In this document: positions 35,520 to 45,408 of the stretch, in pieces
Layout of the letters: each line of letters opens with the position of its first letter
Position numbering within the stretch: position 1 is the first letter of the stretch
Source: Polyangiaceae bacterium
Lineage (GTDB): Bacteria > Myxococcota_A > Polyangia > Polyangiales > Polyangiaceae
Assembly: GCA_035063585.1 (NCBI GenBank)
Contig: JAPSGB010000001.1
Span: 96,001-160,000, forward strand
Length of the DNA stretch: 64,000 bases
Direction: 5' to 3'
The notes under the pieces: model-generated
What the model was told of the DNA's origin: nothing
Databases searched by the model: none
Seen by the model: only the letters and a program-made list of their open reading frames with translations
Made by a program: the position numbers and the translations under genes

Positions 35520-37406
35520 ATGTCAGAGGGAGACGCCGGCGCTTCGGAACCGAGCCCTTCGCCTCGGCCGGCGAGCCGCGGGGCCCGGCTCCGAGCGTGG
35601 GCCAGGCGCGCGACGAGCGATCGCTGGCACCTGGGCGCGGTCGCGCTCGCGGTGATGACCATGCTCGGCGTGACGCTCGGCGTGCTGGCGCCGATGCTCG
35701 CGCGTTTCGACACCTACGGCTTCCATGACTGGGATTTCTCGAGCTCGGCCCGCTACATCACGGTGCTGAGCCTGAAGCGCTACCACGAGGCGCCCTTCTG
35801 GCAGCCCTGGCTCTGCGGCGGGTTCCCCTCCTGGGGCCACTACGAGAGCTCGACCAACCTCGTCTCGCCGTATCTCCCCGTCTATCTCTTGGCCGACCTC
35901 CGCACCGCGCTCCGCGTCGAGATCCTCGGCTCGGCGCTCACCGGGCTCGCCGGCAGCTACCTCTTCGCGCGAAGGTTCACGAAGAGCGTCGCGCTCGCCA
36001 CCTTCGTCGCCATCGTCTACACGCTGAACGGACGCTGGGCGCTGCAGACCGCCACCGGGCACACGTGGCACCTACAATACGGCTGGACGCCTTGGGTGTT
36101 CTGGTTCTTCGACCGGGGCGAGTCGACCGGAAATCACCTAGAGTTTGCCTACGCAGGCGCGGTACTCGCGCTCATGGTCTACCTCGGCGCGCTCTATCCG
36201 CTCCCGCAGACGGCGCTCGCGCTCGGGGTGTACGCGCTCCTGCTCGCGGTCGCGCGGCGGCGACTCCGACCCCTCATCGGCGTCGCCGTCGCCGGCGTGA
36301 CCGCGGTCGGGCTCGGGGCGGCCAAGCTGTTCGCGGTGCTCGACGGCCTCGGGCGCGTGCCTCGGCTCATCGAGTCGAAGGAGGTCATCGGACTCCGCGA
36401 GCTCGTGGTGATGATGACCGAGCCGAAGCAGAGCTACTACACGCCGCGCCCCATCGCGGTGCCCGCCTATGGCTGGCACGAGTGGGGGATTTACGTCGGC
36501 AGCTTCGCCTTCGCGTGCCTCATCGTCGGGCTCTTCAGCGCGCGCGGCGCGCGCGAGAACGCGCTGCGGTTCCTCGGGCTCTTGTTCCTCCTTCTCGGCT
36601 TCGGCGCCTTTCACGAGCACTCGCCCTGGGCCCTCCTGCACAAATTGCCCATTTTCGCCTCGCAGCACGTGCCCTCGCGCTTCCTCTTCCCGATGGTGCT
36701 CTTCCTCGGGATCGCGTTCGTGAGCTGGGCCTCGCGCTGGGTGGATCGCGCGATTTCGTCGCGCCGCTGGCTCGACGTCGCGCTCCTCGTGCCCGTCATC
36801 TGGGTCGGCGTGGACATCGCGACGGTGTCGAACAAGCCCATCTCGGAGGCCTTCTGGATGGAGCGGCCCGACCAGCTCCCGGAAGCGCCGCTCTTCGAGC
36901 AGCACCAGAAGGCCGCCGCACAATACAAGCGCCGCGACTGGGCGCCGCCCATCCTGCTCAGCATGTTCGCCAACAAGGGCGTCATCGAGTGCTACGGCAT
37001 CGACCTCAACTTCAAGGCCATCGGCGCCATCGCCAAGGAGTCGCCCGACTTCAAGGGCAACGCCTACGTCGCGCAGGGCACCGGCACCGCCGAGGTCGTC
37101 GAGTGGTCGCCGAACCGCGCGACCGTGAAGCTCCACGACGCGAGCCCCGACGCGCTGGTCGTCTACAACATGAACTGGTTCCCGAGCTGGACTGCCAATG
37201 GCAAGCCCGCCCTCGACTACCAGCACGCGGTCGCCGCGCGGGTGCCTGCGGGCACCGACACGGTGGTCTTTCGCTACTTCCCGCGCACGCTGAAGTACTC
37301 GCTCCCGGTCACGCTGCTCACGCTCGGCGCGCTCGCCGCGATCATCGTGAGGCGCCGCCGCCGCGCGCGAGCGCGCTCGGGCACTGACGCCGGCATCACC
37401 GAGTGA
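35520..37406 (+). CDS. YfhO-like GT-C membrane glycosyltransferase
   Basis: P.W.PW.CGG.P motif, many TM helices, HVPSRF, N.NWFP.W.A.G and V.FRY.P before a final TM helix. Confidence 0.75.
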   Translation: MSEGDAGASEPSPSPRPASRGARLRAWARRATSDRWHLGAVALAVMTMLGVTLGVLAPMLARFDTYGFHDWDFSSSARYITVLSLKRYHEAPFWQPWLCGGFPSWGHYESSTNLVSPYLPVYLLADLRTALRVEILGSALTGLAGSYLFARRFTKSVALATFVAIVYTLNGRWALQTATGHTWHLQYGWTPWVFWFFDRGESTGNHLEFAYAGAVLALMVYLGALYPLPQTALALGVYALLLAVARRRLRPLIGVAVAGVTAVGLGAAKLFAVLDGLGRVPRLIESKEVIGLRELVVMMTEPKQSYYTPRPIAVPAYGWHEWGIYVGSFAFACLIVGLFSARGARENALRFLGLLFLLLGFGAFHEHSPWALLHKLPIFASQHVPSRFLFPMVLFLGIAFVSWASRWVDRAISSRRWLDVALLVPVIWVGVDIATVSNKPISEAFWMERPDQLPEAPLFEQHQKAAAQYKRRDWAPPILLSMFANKGVIECYGIDLNFKAIGAIAKESPDFKGNAYVAQGTGTAEVVEWSPNRATVKLHDASPDALVVYNMNWFPSWTANGKPALDYQHAVAARVPAGTDTVVFRYFPRTLKYSLPVTLLTLGALAAIIVRRRRRARARSGTDAGITE

Positions 37407-37557
37407 TGAATGAGGGAAATGCCGGTTCGATGCGGAACCGGCGCGTCGCGCTGACGCGTGCGTCAGCGCGGAAACGACGGCAACGGAGCGTGCGCTCGGC
37501 GCTCGCGGACGGGCCGGCGCGGCTGCGTGCGCTCATCGCGAGATGCCCGCGCGCTCC

Positions 37558-39153
37558 TCACCGACGTAGTCGAAACACCTCGAGCCCCGCGCCGGCCCGG
37601 ACGCGCTCGAGCCGGAACGGCCCGAGCGCGCGGCGCTCACCGCGGGCGATGGCGTCGAGCGTCCCGCGGCTCCCGGCGGTCGAGGCGTGCTCGCCGCGAA
37701 ATACCAGCCACTCGACGCGGTAGCGCTCGAGGGCGGCAATCATCGCCGCCTCGCCGTTGCCGGGGATGGAAATCGCCGGGCTCCCGGTGAGCGCGATCAC
37801 GTACCAGGGCCGATCGCTCGCGACGGCCTGCCCGGCGAAGGTGACGTCGAGCGCGCGGAGCGCGTCGAGCTCGGCGTGGTTCACCGCGCGCGGACGTTCG
37901 CTCCGGATGGGAACGCGCGCTATCACGAGCGCCGCGGCGAGCGCGAGCCCTGCGCCGCCCGCCCAGGCTCCCGCGCGCCCGAGGCGCGCGAGCGCGGGGC
38001 GGAGCCGCTCGACGACCGCGTCCGCGCCGTAGCCGCCGCCGAGCACGACGAGCGGTAGGAGCGGGTGGAGCGAGCGCCAGGGCACGAAGACCCCCGGCTC
38101 GCTCCAGAGGACGAGATAGAGGCACGCCGGCACCATCACCCAGACCAGGAGGACCACCGGCGCGCGCCCGCGCCGCAGCGCGCCGAGCCCGAGCAGGGAA
38201 GCCGCGAGCCACGGCTCGGGCCAGGGCACGAGCTCCGCGAAGCGGAGCCCCTGGAGCACCATCTGGGCGCGGATGCGGAGATAGTGCGCGCTCGTCAAGA
38301 CCCGCACCTTCTCCCAGGAAACCTCGGGCGAGGCGCCGTACGCGTAGAGCTCCCGCGGGTCGAAGACGAAGAGCGCTCGCGCGGTCGCGCCGCCCGGCGA
38401 GCCGAAGGCCACGAGCCGGTAGCCGACGTACAGGCTCACCGCGCCGCCGGCCACGCCGAGCAGCCACCCCCAGGCCCGACGGACACTTTCCGGGTGGCGG
38501 CGGCGAAGCGCGAGCGCGGCGGCCAGGGTGACGGCGACGAAGACGAAGACGCCGTCCGGGCGGGTCAGGAAGACCAGCGCGGAGAGGAGCACCGCGAGCG
38601 GGTAGCGCGCGCGCGCGAAGGCGAGGAGGGATCCGATGAGGAGCAGGTGATAGAGCGCGATGGTCTCGGTATCGAGGCGGTGGTTGAACACGCCCGGCGA
38701 GAACGCGAAGACCACCAGCGCGACCACGCGAACGACCGGACTCTTCAGCGGCGCGGCGCGCTCGACCAAATGGTGGAACGCCACGACGGAAGCGGCGCTC
38801 ACCGCCGCCATGAAGAGGAACGCGACGCGCTCGGTCGCGCCGAAGACGGCGAGCACGGGCGCCAGCACGAGCGAGAGTAGCCCGCCCCAGTAGTCGAAGG
38901 GCGGGTGGACGATGGCGGGAGGCGGCGAGAGATAGTGCCAGACGATGGGCTCGGCGAAATGGCCCGTCTCGGCCATGAAGCGAGCGACGCCGAAGTAGTA
39001 CGCCGAGTCGTTCTGGAGGTTGTCGCGCGCGCCCGCGGCGACGATGAAATAGAGCAGGACGGCGGCGAGCGTGATCGCGGCCGAGAGCGCTCGCCACGCG
39101 CGCTCGGGGCTCGCGGCGGCCCGCGCGCGCTCGGCGGCCGACCCCTGGCTCAC
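37558..39153 (-). CDS. GT-C-like polytopic membrane protein
   Basis: QNDSAYYF.VAR first-loop acidic motif, LTRPDG, many TM helices; GTGA overlap with the kinase gene. Confidence 0.75.
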   Translation of the reverse strand: MSQGSAAERARAAASPERAWRALSAAITLAAVLLYFIVAAGARDNLQNDSAYYFGVARFMAETGHFAEPIVWHYLSPPPAIVHPPFDYWGGLLSLVLAPVLAVFGATERVAFLFMAAVSAASVVAFHHLVERAAPLKSPVVRVVALVVFAFSPGVFNHRLDTETIALYHLLLIGSLLAFARARYPLAVLLSALVFLTRPDGVFVFVAVTLAAALALRRRHPESVRRAWGWLLGVAGGAVSLYVGYRLVAFGSPGGATARALFVFDPRELYAYGASPEVSWEKVRVLTSAHYLRIRAQMVLQGLRFAELVPWPEPWLAASLLGLGALRRGRAPVVLLVWVMVPACLYLVLWSEPGVFVPWRSLHPLLPLVVLGGGYGADAVVERLRPALARLGRAGAWAGGAGLALAAALVIARVPIRSERPRAVNHAELDALRALDVTFAGQAVASDRPWYVIALTGSPAISIPGNGEAAMIAALERYRVEWLVFRGEHASTAGSRGTLDAIARGERRALGPFRLERVRAGAGLEVFRLRR

Positions 39154-40145
39154 GAGCGGTGGAGGTTCGCGACGATGCGCGCGCCGTCTTGATCGAAGCG
39201 GAAGCGGAGCGGCCGGAGGCCGCGAGCGACCAGCGCCTCGAACACGCGCCGCTTGTCCGCCGGCCGCACGTAGAACATGAAAAACCCGCCGCCGCCCGCT
39301 CCCATGAGCTTGCCGCCGATGGCGCCGGCGCGCCGCGCCGCCTCGTAGTGCTCGTCGATGGTAGCGTCCGTCATCTTGCTGGCGAGCTCGCGCTTGCTCA
39401 TCCAGTGCTCGTGAAGGAGCGCGCCGAACTCGTCCGTCTTTCCCGAGACGAGCAAGCGATAGACCTCGTGGCCGATCTCCTTGATACGCTTCATGCGCTC
39501 GAGGGTGCCCGCGTCCGCCTGCTTCACGCGCGCACCTTGCTCGGAGAGCACCAGCTTGGCAGGCCGCTCGATGCCCGAGTACATGATGACGAGGTTGTTC
39601 GCGAGCTCGTCGAGCACCTCGCCGCGGACCGGCACCGGTTCGACCTGCACGCGCCCGTCCTTCTCGAAGGTGAACGCGCTCACGTTGCCGAAGGCGGCGA
39701 TGTACTGGTCTTGTTTTCCGATCGGCTCGCCGAGCCGCACCATCTCTATCTCGCACGCCTCCTCGGCGAGCTGCCGCGAGGAGACGAACTCCCGCTTGAA
39801 GGTGTGGAGCGCGTTGAGGAGCGCGACCGTGAAGCTGCTCGAGGAGCCGAGCCCGCTGTTGGCCGGCAGATCCGCGATGCTTGCGAGCTCGATGGCGCCG
39901 GAGATCCCGGTCATGCGGAGCGCCTCGCGGAAGATGCGGTGTCGAATCGAGTCCACGTTCGGCACGATCTCCGTCTCGGAGTAGGCGAGGCGGATATCAT
40001 CGTAAAACCGCTTGTTGGCGGTCACATAGACGTAGCTGTCGATGGCGGCGCTCACCACGAAGCCGCCGTGCTGCTGGTAGTAGCTCGGGAGATCCGTTCC
40101 GCCGCCGCCGAGGGTGAAGCGCACTGGCGCCCGAGAGATGATCAC
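39150..40145 (-). CDS. hddA: GHMP sugar kinase, D-glycero-D-manno-heptose 7-phosphate kinase-like
   Basis: RAPVRFTLGGGGTDLP, PANSGLGSSS, GKQDQY, GGKLMGAGGGG. Confidence 0.88.
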   Translation of the reverse strand: MIISRAPVRFTLGGGGTDLPSYYQQHGGFVVSAAIDSYVYVTANKRFYDDIRLAYSETEIVPNVDSIRHRIFREALRMTGISGAIELASIADLPANSGLGSSSSFTVALLNALHTFKREFVSSRQLAEEACEIEMVRLGEPIGKQDQYIAAFGNVSAFTFEKDGRVQVEPVPVRGEVLDELANNLVIMYSGIERPAKLVLSEQGARVKQADAGTLERMKRIKEIGHEVYRLLVSGKTDEFGALLHEHWMSKRELASKMTDATIDEHYEAARRAGAIGGKLMGAGGGGFFMFYVRPADKRRVFEALVARGLRPLRFRFDQDGARIVANLHRS

Positions 40146-40834
40146 GCGTTCTGCCTCAGGTGACGCTCGAGCTCGCGGCGACCGCTGGGCGAGCCAATTT
40201 CGTAGAACCTCTCACGGGCCCGGACCGCGCGCAAGCGTCCCTCCCGCGCGAGGCGCGACTGCACCTCCTCCAGGCCACGGGGCTCACCCTCGGGGAGCTC
40301 GGCGATGACGCTCTTCCGGAGCGCGAGCGCGCCGTAGTCGACGAACTCGAGGCCGTTCCCGCGCTTGTCATAGCTGGTGACGCGGTCGCCCTCCACGGCC
40401 GTGTTGCTCACCTCCCAGCGGCCGTGGTTCCGGTAGACGCTCATGCTGCCGAGCGCGGCGTCGTGCGCGCGCAGATCGCGGAGCGGCGCGGCGTAGTCGA
40501 ACGGCAGGTAGCTGTCGCCGTAGGTGACGAGGAAGGTGCCGTCGAGCTCGGCGAGCGCGCGGCGGAGCGCGCCGGCGGTACCGAGCAAGCGGGGCCCATC
40601 GAACGCGAAGCGCGCCGCGACGCCGAAGCGCGCTCCGTCGCCCACCGCGGCCTCGACCAGCTCGCCCAGGTGCCCGACGCAAAAGAGCACGCGCTCGAAC
40701 CCCGCGCTCCGGAGCCGCTCGAGCTGCCACTCGACGAACGGCCGCCCTGCCACCTCGAGCAGGATCTTTGGGACGACGAGCGTCTCGGGATGCATGCGAG
40801 TCCCGAGCCCGCCTGCCAAGATGACCGCCTGCAC
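40142..40834 (-). CDS. Sugar-1-phosphate nucleotidyltransferase (HddC-like)
   Basis: ILAGGLGTR...PK, LGTAGAL, YGDSY, FYEIGSP. Confidence 0.88.
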   Translation of the reverse strand: MQAVILAGGLGTRMHPETLVVPKILLEVAGRPFVEWQLERLRSAGFERVLFCVGHLGELVEAAVGDGARFGVAARFAFDGPRLLGTAGALRRALAELDGTFLVTYGDSYLPFDYAAPLRDLRAHDAALGSMSVYRNHGRWEVSNTAVEGDRVTSYDKRGNGLEFVDYGALALRKSVIAELPEGEPRGLEEVQSRLAREGRLRAVRARERFYEIGSPSGRRELERHLRQNA

Positions 40835-40984
40835 CGCTTGCCTCGCTCGCTGCCCCGACTATAGCCTGACCCGACCGGGCGATCCCATGAAGCACCTCGA
40901 CCACGAGCGCCGGGAGCGCGTCGCGCCCGCCACGCCGCGCCTACCGGCGCGCCCGCCCCCCGGATCGCCCGAGCCCGGGAGCTG

Positions 40985-41863
40985 ATGTCGGTCCGGCGCG
41001 GAATCATCGCGACGCTCGCGGTCGTCGCGATCGTGCTCGCGGTCGTCGGGCTCCGCCATGAGCGCGCGCGCGGCGAGGCCCCGGCGCCCGCCGCGGGTCC
41101 GCCGCGGATCGTCACGCTCTCTCCGGATCTCACCGCGACGCTGTACGCGATCGGCGCGGGCTCGCTCGTGGTCGCGGTCAGCGACTATTGCGTCACGCCG
41201 CCTGGCGCGACGCCACTTCCCCGCGTCGGCACGGCGCTCACCCCATCGTACGAGGCCATCGCGCGGCTCGCGCCGACGCTCATCCTCACCGCGGGGGGCT
41301 CGCGCACGCGCGAGCTCCAGGAGCTCGCGCCGACACGGCTCTTGCCGTGGCTCACCCTCGACCAAGTGACCGCGAGCACGCGCGAGCTCGGGCGGCTCAC
41401 GGGACACGAGCCCGAGGCGCGCGCGCTCGCCGAGCGGCTCGCCACCCGGCTCTCGGCTCAGCCGCCCGCGGGCGCGCCGCGCGTGCTGCTCGTGCTCGGC
41501 GGCTCGCCCGGGCAGCTCGACGACGTGTGGTTCGTGAAGGACGAGAGCCTGCACGGCGCGGCGCTCCGCGCGGCGGGCGGGAGGAACGCGGTCGCGCGCG
41601 CGAGCTCGGGGGCGCCACGGCTCTCGCTCACCCAGGTGCTCGAGCTCGATCCGGAGCAGATCATCGTCCTTACCACCAGCGCGAGCGCGGCGGACGCCGC
41701 GCTCTATCGTGAGAGCTGGCGAAAGCTCACGCCGCTCGCCGCCGTCGAGTCCGGTCGCATCGCGGTGGTGGGAGGGGCGGACGTCTTCGCGGACGGCCCG
41801 AGCATCCTCGAGCTGGTCACGCGGCTCGCGGGCGTCATCGCGAAGCTCAGGGGCGGCTCGTGA
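40985..41863 (+). CDS. ABC importer substrate-binding protein (BtuF/helical backbone family)
   Basis: RIVTLSP..T..LYAIG, P.YE.I..L.P, PAV..G.I. Confidence 0.85.
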   Translation: MSVRRGIIATLAVVAIVLAVVGLRHERARGEAPAPAAGPPRIVTLSPDLTATLYAIGAGSLVVAVSDYCVTPPGATPLPRVGTALTPSYEAIARLAPTLILTAGGSRTRELQELAPTRLLPWLTLDQVTASTRELGRLTGHEPEARALAERLATRLSAQPPAGAPRVLLVLGGSPGQLDDVWFVKDESLHGAALRAAGGRNAVARASSGAPRLSLTQVLELDPEQIIVLTTSASAADAALYRESWRKLTPLAAVESGRIAVVGGADVFADGPSILELVTRLAGVIAKLRGGS

Positions 41864-42639
41864 GCGAGCTCCGGCTCGAGGACGTGATCGTCGAGGCCCG
41901 CGGGCAGCGGCTCATCGACGGCGTGACGCTGAGCCTGGCGCGCGGCGCGCTGATCGCCCTGGTCGGCCCGAACGGCGCCGGCAAGACCACGCTGCTCCGC
42001 GCCGCGCTCGGGCTCGTGCGGCCCCGCGGGGGCCACGTCACGATCGACGGCGAGGAGCTCGCCCGGCTCTCCGCGCGCGAGCGCGCGGCGCGGCTCTCGT
42101 GGCTCCCGCAGCACGTGTTCGTCACCGAGGCGATCCCGGCGCTCGAGCTGGTGGCGGCGGCGCGCTACCGCTTCCGCGAGGGGCGGCGGCGCTCGCTCGA
42201 AGCAGCGCGCGCGGCGCTCGAGCGGGTGGGCGCGGCCGCGCTCGGTCCGCGCATCGTCCAGGAGCTGAGCGGCGGCGAGCGGCAGCGGGTCGCGCTCGCC
42301 GGCGCGCTGGCGCAGGAGACGCCCTTCGTCCTGCTCGACGAGCCCGCGAACCACCTCGACCCCGCGCAGCAGCTTGAGGTGTACGAGCTCATCGGCGCGC
42401 TCTGGCAAAGTGGGCTCGGCGTCCTCTTGGTGACGCACGACGTGAACCTCCTCGCGCAGCTCGGCGACGCCGCGCGCGTCACCGTGGTCGGGCTCGCCGC
42501 CGGCCGCACCCGATTCACGCTCAGCTACGACGATGCCAAGCTCTTTGACGAGCTCGGCGCGCTCTTCGGGCTCGAGCTCTCGGTGGTCACGCTGGGCGAT
42601 CGACGCGTGGCTGTCGCCGCGCGGAGCGTGCGCTCATGA
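41860..42639 (+). CDS. ABC importer ATPase (FecE/BtuD/HmuV family)
   Basis: GPNGAGKTT, LSGGERQRV, LLDEPANHLD, THDVN. Confidence 0.92.
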   Translation: MSELRLEDVIVEARGQRLIDGVTLSLARGALIALVGPNGAGKTTLLRAALGLVRPRGGHVTIDGEELARLSARERAARLSWLPQHVFVTEAIPALELVAAARYRFREGRRRSLEAARAALERVGAAALGPRIVQELSGGERQRVALAGALAQETPFVLLDEPANHLDPAQQLEVYELIGALWQSGLGVLLVTHDVNLLAQLGDAARVTVVGLAAGRTRFTLSYDDAKLFDELGALFGLELSVVTLGDRRVAVAARSVRS

Positions 42640-43577
42640 CCCGACGCGGCGTGCTGCTCGTACTGGCGAGCGTCGCGGTGCTCTGCGGCGCGGCGCTCGT
42701 CGGCCCCTCGCTCGACGGCCCGCGCGGCGCGTTCATCTTCTGGAGCCTGCGGGTGCCGCGGGTCCTGGTCGGCGCGCTCGTGGGCGGCACCCTCGGCCTC
42801 ACCGGCGCGGTCTTCCAGGCCATCTTCGTGAACCCGCTGGCGACCCCGAGCACGGTCGGCACCACGGCCGGCGCGACGCTCGGCGCGCTCGCGGCGCTGG
42901 TGCTCGGCGCGTCGGCGGTCGGCGGGCTCCCGGTGGTGGTGGCGGCCGCGTTCGCCGGCGCGCTCGCCGCGAGCGCGGTCGTGTCGGTGGTCGCCGCGCG
43001 CGGCAGCGCGCGCATCCACGACGTGCTCCTGGTCGGCATCGCGGTCACGCTCGCGGCGGGCGCGCTCTCGACCGGGCTCCAGTACACCGCCGACATGAGC
43101 GCGCTCTTCGCGAGCGCACAGTGGTCGCTCGGGCACCTCCCGCAGGTCGGCTACCGCGGGGTGCTCTTGATGGCGCCCTTCGTCGTGATCTCCACGGGCA
43201 CGCTCCTCTCGCTCGCGCGCGAGCTGGCCGCGCTGGTCGCCGGCGAGGAGCTCGCGCAGGCGCAGGGGGTCGACGTGCGTCGCACGCGCACGCTCGCGCT
43301 CGGCCTCGGCTCGCTCGGGGTCGCCGCATGCGTGGCCTGGTGCGGGCCCATCGCGTTCGTGGGCCTGCTCGTGCCGCACCTGGTTCGGCTGCTGGTGGGC
43401 GCCACCGAGCGGGTGCTGCTCCCGCTCTCGCTGGTAGTCGGCGCGGCGTTCCTCGTCGGTTGCGACGCGCTCGCGCGCGTCGCGCTGCCGGGTCGCGATC
43501 TGCCGGTGGGGGTGGTGACGGCCGCCCTCGGCGCGCCCGCGCTGATCGTGCTCATCGCGCGGGCGCGGAGGACGTGA
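42636..43577 (+). CDS. ABC importer permease (FecCD/BtuC family)
   Basis: LRVPR, FQ..F.NPLA.P, G.IAFVGLLVPH, LPVGVVTA..GAP. Confidence 0.93.
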   Translation: MTRRGVLLVLASVAVLCGAALVGPSLDGPRGAFIFWSLRVPRVLVGALVGGTLGLTGAVFQAIFVNPLATPSTVGTTAGATLGALAALVLGASAVGGLPVVVAAAFAGALAASAVVSVVAARGSARIHDVLLVGIAVTLAAGALSTGLQYTADMSALFASAQWSLGHLPQVGYRGVLLMAPFVVISTGTLLSLARELAALVAGEELAQAQGVDVRRTRTLALGLGSLGVAACVAWCGPIAFVGLLVPHLVRLLVGATERVLLPLSLVVGAAFLVGCDALARVALPGRDLPVGVVTAALGAPALIVLIARARRT

Positions 43578-43584
43578 GCGCGGG

Positions 43585-44289
43585 CTACTTCTCGTAGACC
43601 TGCGCGCCGATGATGCCGGAGCCCGCCGCGGCGGTGATCTCGACCTTCACGGGCAGCGCCATCGGGAAGGGGTTCTTGTAGCAGTTCGGCGCGCGACCGA
43701 GCACTGCCTGCGAGCCCTGATCCTGATCGGCGGCGAGCGACGGGGTCATACCCGGGATGGGCGTGGTCGCGATGAACTGCACGTTCACCTCGGTGACCGT
43801 GGGCACGCCGACCGCGACGACCGTGTAGCACTTACCCGGCGAGAGCGAGAGGTCGCTCTGTAGCTTCTGGCCCTGCTGGAAGTTGCCCACCAACGCCGAG
43901 CCGAGCGGCTTCGACCCGGCGACGATCGCGCCCGAGGCGACCTGAGTCAGGATGGGCGTCACCACCGCACCGGCCGCCGGATCGAGCGGCTGCGCGGCGC
44001 CGCCCGCGCTCGGCTGCGGTGCCGGTGTGGTCGCGGTCGGCGCCGGCTGAGGGGTGTAGCCGGGCTGGCCGTAGCCCGGCTGCTGCTGGCCGTAGCCCGG
44101 CTGGCCGTAGCCCGGCTGCTGCTGACCGTAGCCCGGCTGCTGCTGGCCATAGCCCGGCTGGCCGTAGCCCGGTTGCTGCTGCTGGTAGCCGGCCTGGGGA
44201 TCCTGCGTCTCCCCGCTCTTCTTGCAACCGGCGACGCTCGCCAACACGATGACACCCGCTGCTCCTGCGATCAAAGCTCTCGACAACAT
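43585..44289 (-). CDS. Lipoprotein with (QQ)QPGYG repeats
   Basis: Lipobox VAGC, repeat linker, C-terminal beta domain with PGKCYTVVAVG. Confidence 0.8.
   Translation of the reverse strand: MLSRALIAGAAGVIVLASVAGCKKSGETQDPQAGYQQQQPGYGQPGYGQQQPGYGQQQPGYGQPGYGQQQPGYGQPGYTPQPAPTATTPAPQPSAGGAAQPLDPAAGAVVTPILTQVASGAIVAGSKPLGSALVGNFQQGQKLQSDLSLSPGKCYTVVAVGVPTVTEVNVQFIATTPIPGMTPSLAADQDQGSQAVLGRAPNCYKNPFPMALPVKVEITAAAGSGIIGAQVYEK
44053..44191. repeat. Coding 15/21-bp repeats (QPGYG / QQQPGYG)
   Basis: Repeated gccgtagcccggctg(ctgctg) units. Confidence 0.85.
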
Positions 44290-44607
44290 GCGATACGGCT
44301 CCTCGAAGACTGCTTGTTGAATGATCCGTCTGGAACGTGCCGCGGCGCGCGGGCGTCCGGAACGCCGGGCAGGCTATACCTTGGACGGCCTCGCACGCAA
44401 AGCAACGCACCGCCCAGTCAACCACCGAGCGCGACCGCCGGTTACACTGAACTTTAGTATAGTATCCGGGCCAGGCTGGTCGGGGCGGCGCGGCCGGCGG
44501 CGCGTGAGCGCGACGACGAGCGACGCCGACCCGCGCCGCCGGCCGCGACGGACCGACACCCCCGCTCGGGCCTGGCCGCGCCCGAGCGCTGGCGCTAGCG
44601 ATGCGGC

Positions 44608-45408
44608 GTGCGATTCGCCCTCATCTCGGACGTGCACCTCGGGCCGCCGGCGCGCTTCGGCGGAAAGCTCCGCAAGCTCTCGGGCGACGCGCCAGCGCTG
44701 GTGCGCGCGTTCGTCGAGCGCATGAACACGACCGAGGCGCCCGACCTGGTCATAAACCTCGGGGATGTCATCGAGGACGAGTCGCAGGAGCTCGATCGCG
44801 CGCGGTACGGGGAGTTCGTCGGGCTGCTCGGCGGGCTCCGCGCGCCGGTACTTCACGTAGCGGGCAACCATGATCGCGTCAGGCTCACCGACGACGACCT
44901 GCGCGCGCTGTGGCGGCACGACGGCCCGCTCCACTACAGCCGCGAAGTCGGCGGCGTTCACTTCTGCGTGCTCGCGACCGTGGAGACGAAGGACGTCGCG
45001 GTGCGGCTCCCGGTCGAGCAGCTCGCCTGGCTCGAGCGCGATTTGAGCGCGGCGCGCGCGCCGGTCATCGTGCTCATGCACCACCCGGCGAGCGAGCAGC
45101 GCCTCGAGGGCAACCGCTGGTTCGAGCGCGCGCCGCACCTCTGCCGGGTCGCCGAGCGGCGCGAGCTCCGCCGCATCATCGAGGCGAGCGGCAAGGTGCT
45201 CGCGGTGTTCAACGGGCACGCGCACTGGAACCACCTCGACGTCATCGCGGGGATCCCGTACGTGACCGTGCAGAGCCTCGTCGAGAACCTCGATGACGAC
45301 GCGCCCGGACGCGCGGCGAACGCGTTCGCGGTGTGCGACCTCGACGCGCGCCGGCTGGTCGTCCAGGTCTTCGGCGAGGAGCCGGCGCGCTATCAGCTCG
45401 AGCGCTAG
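44608..45408 (+). CDS. Calcineurin-like metallophosphoesterase
   Basis: SDVH, LGD, GNHD, MHHP, GHAH motifs. Confidence 0.92.
   Translation: MRFALISDVHLGPPARFGGKLRKLSGDAPALVRAFVERMNTTEAPDLVINLGDVIEDESQELDRARYGEFVGLLGGLRAPVLHVAGNHDRVRLTDDDLRALWRHDGPLHYSREVGGVHFCVLATVETKDVAVRLPVEQLAWLERDLSAARAPVIVLMHHPASEQRLEGNRWFERAPHLCRVAERRELRRIIEASGKVLAVFNGHAHWNHLDVIAGIPYVTVQSLVENLDDDAPGRAANAFAVCDLDARRLVVQVFGEEPARYQLER

Noticed and set aside
40835..40984. Cobalamin riboswitch before the BtuF-like operon
   Set aside because: Short gap with no recognisable B12 box
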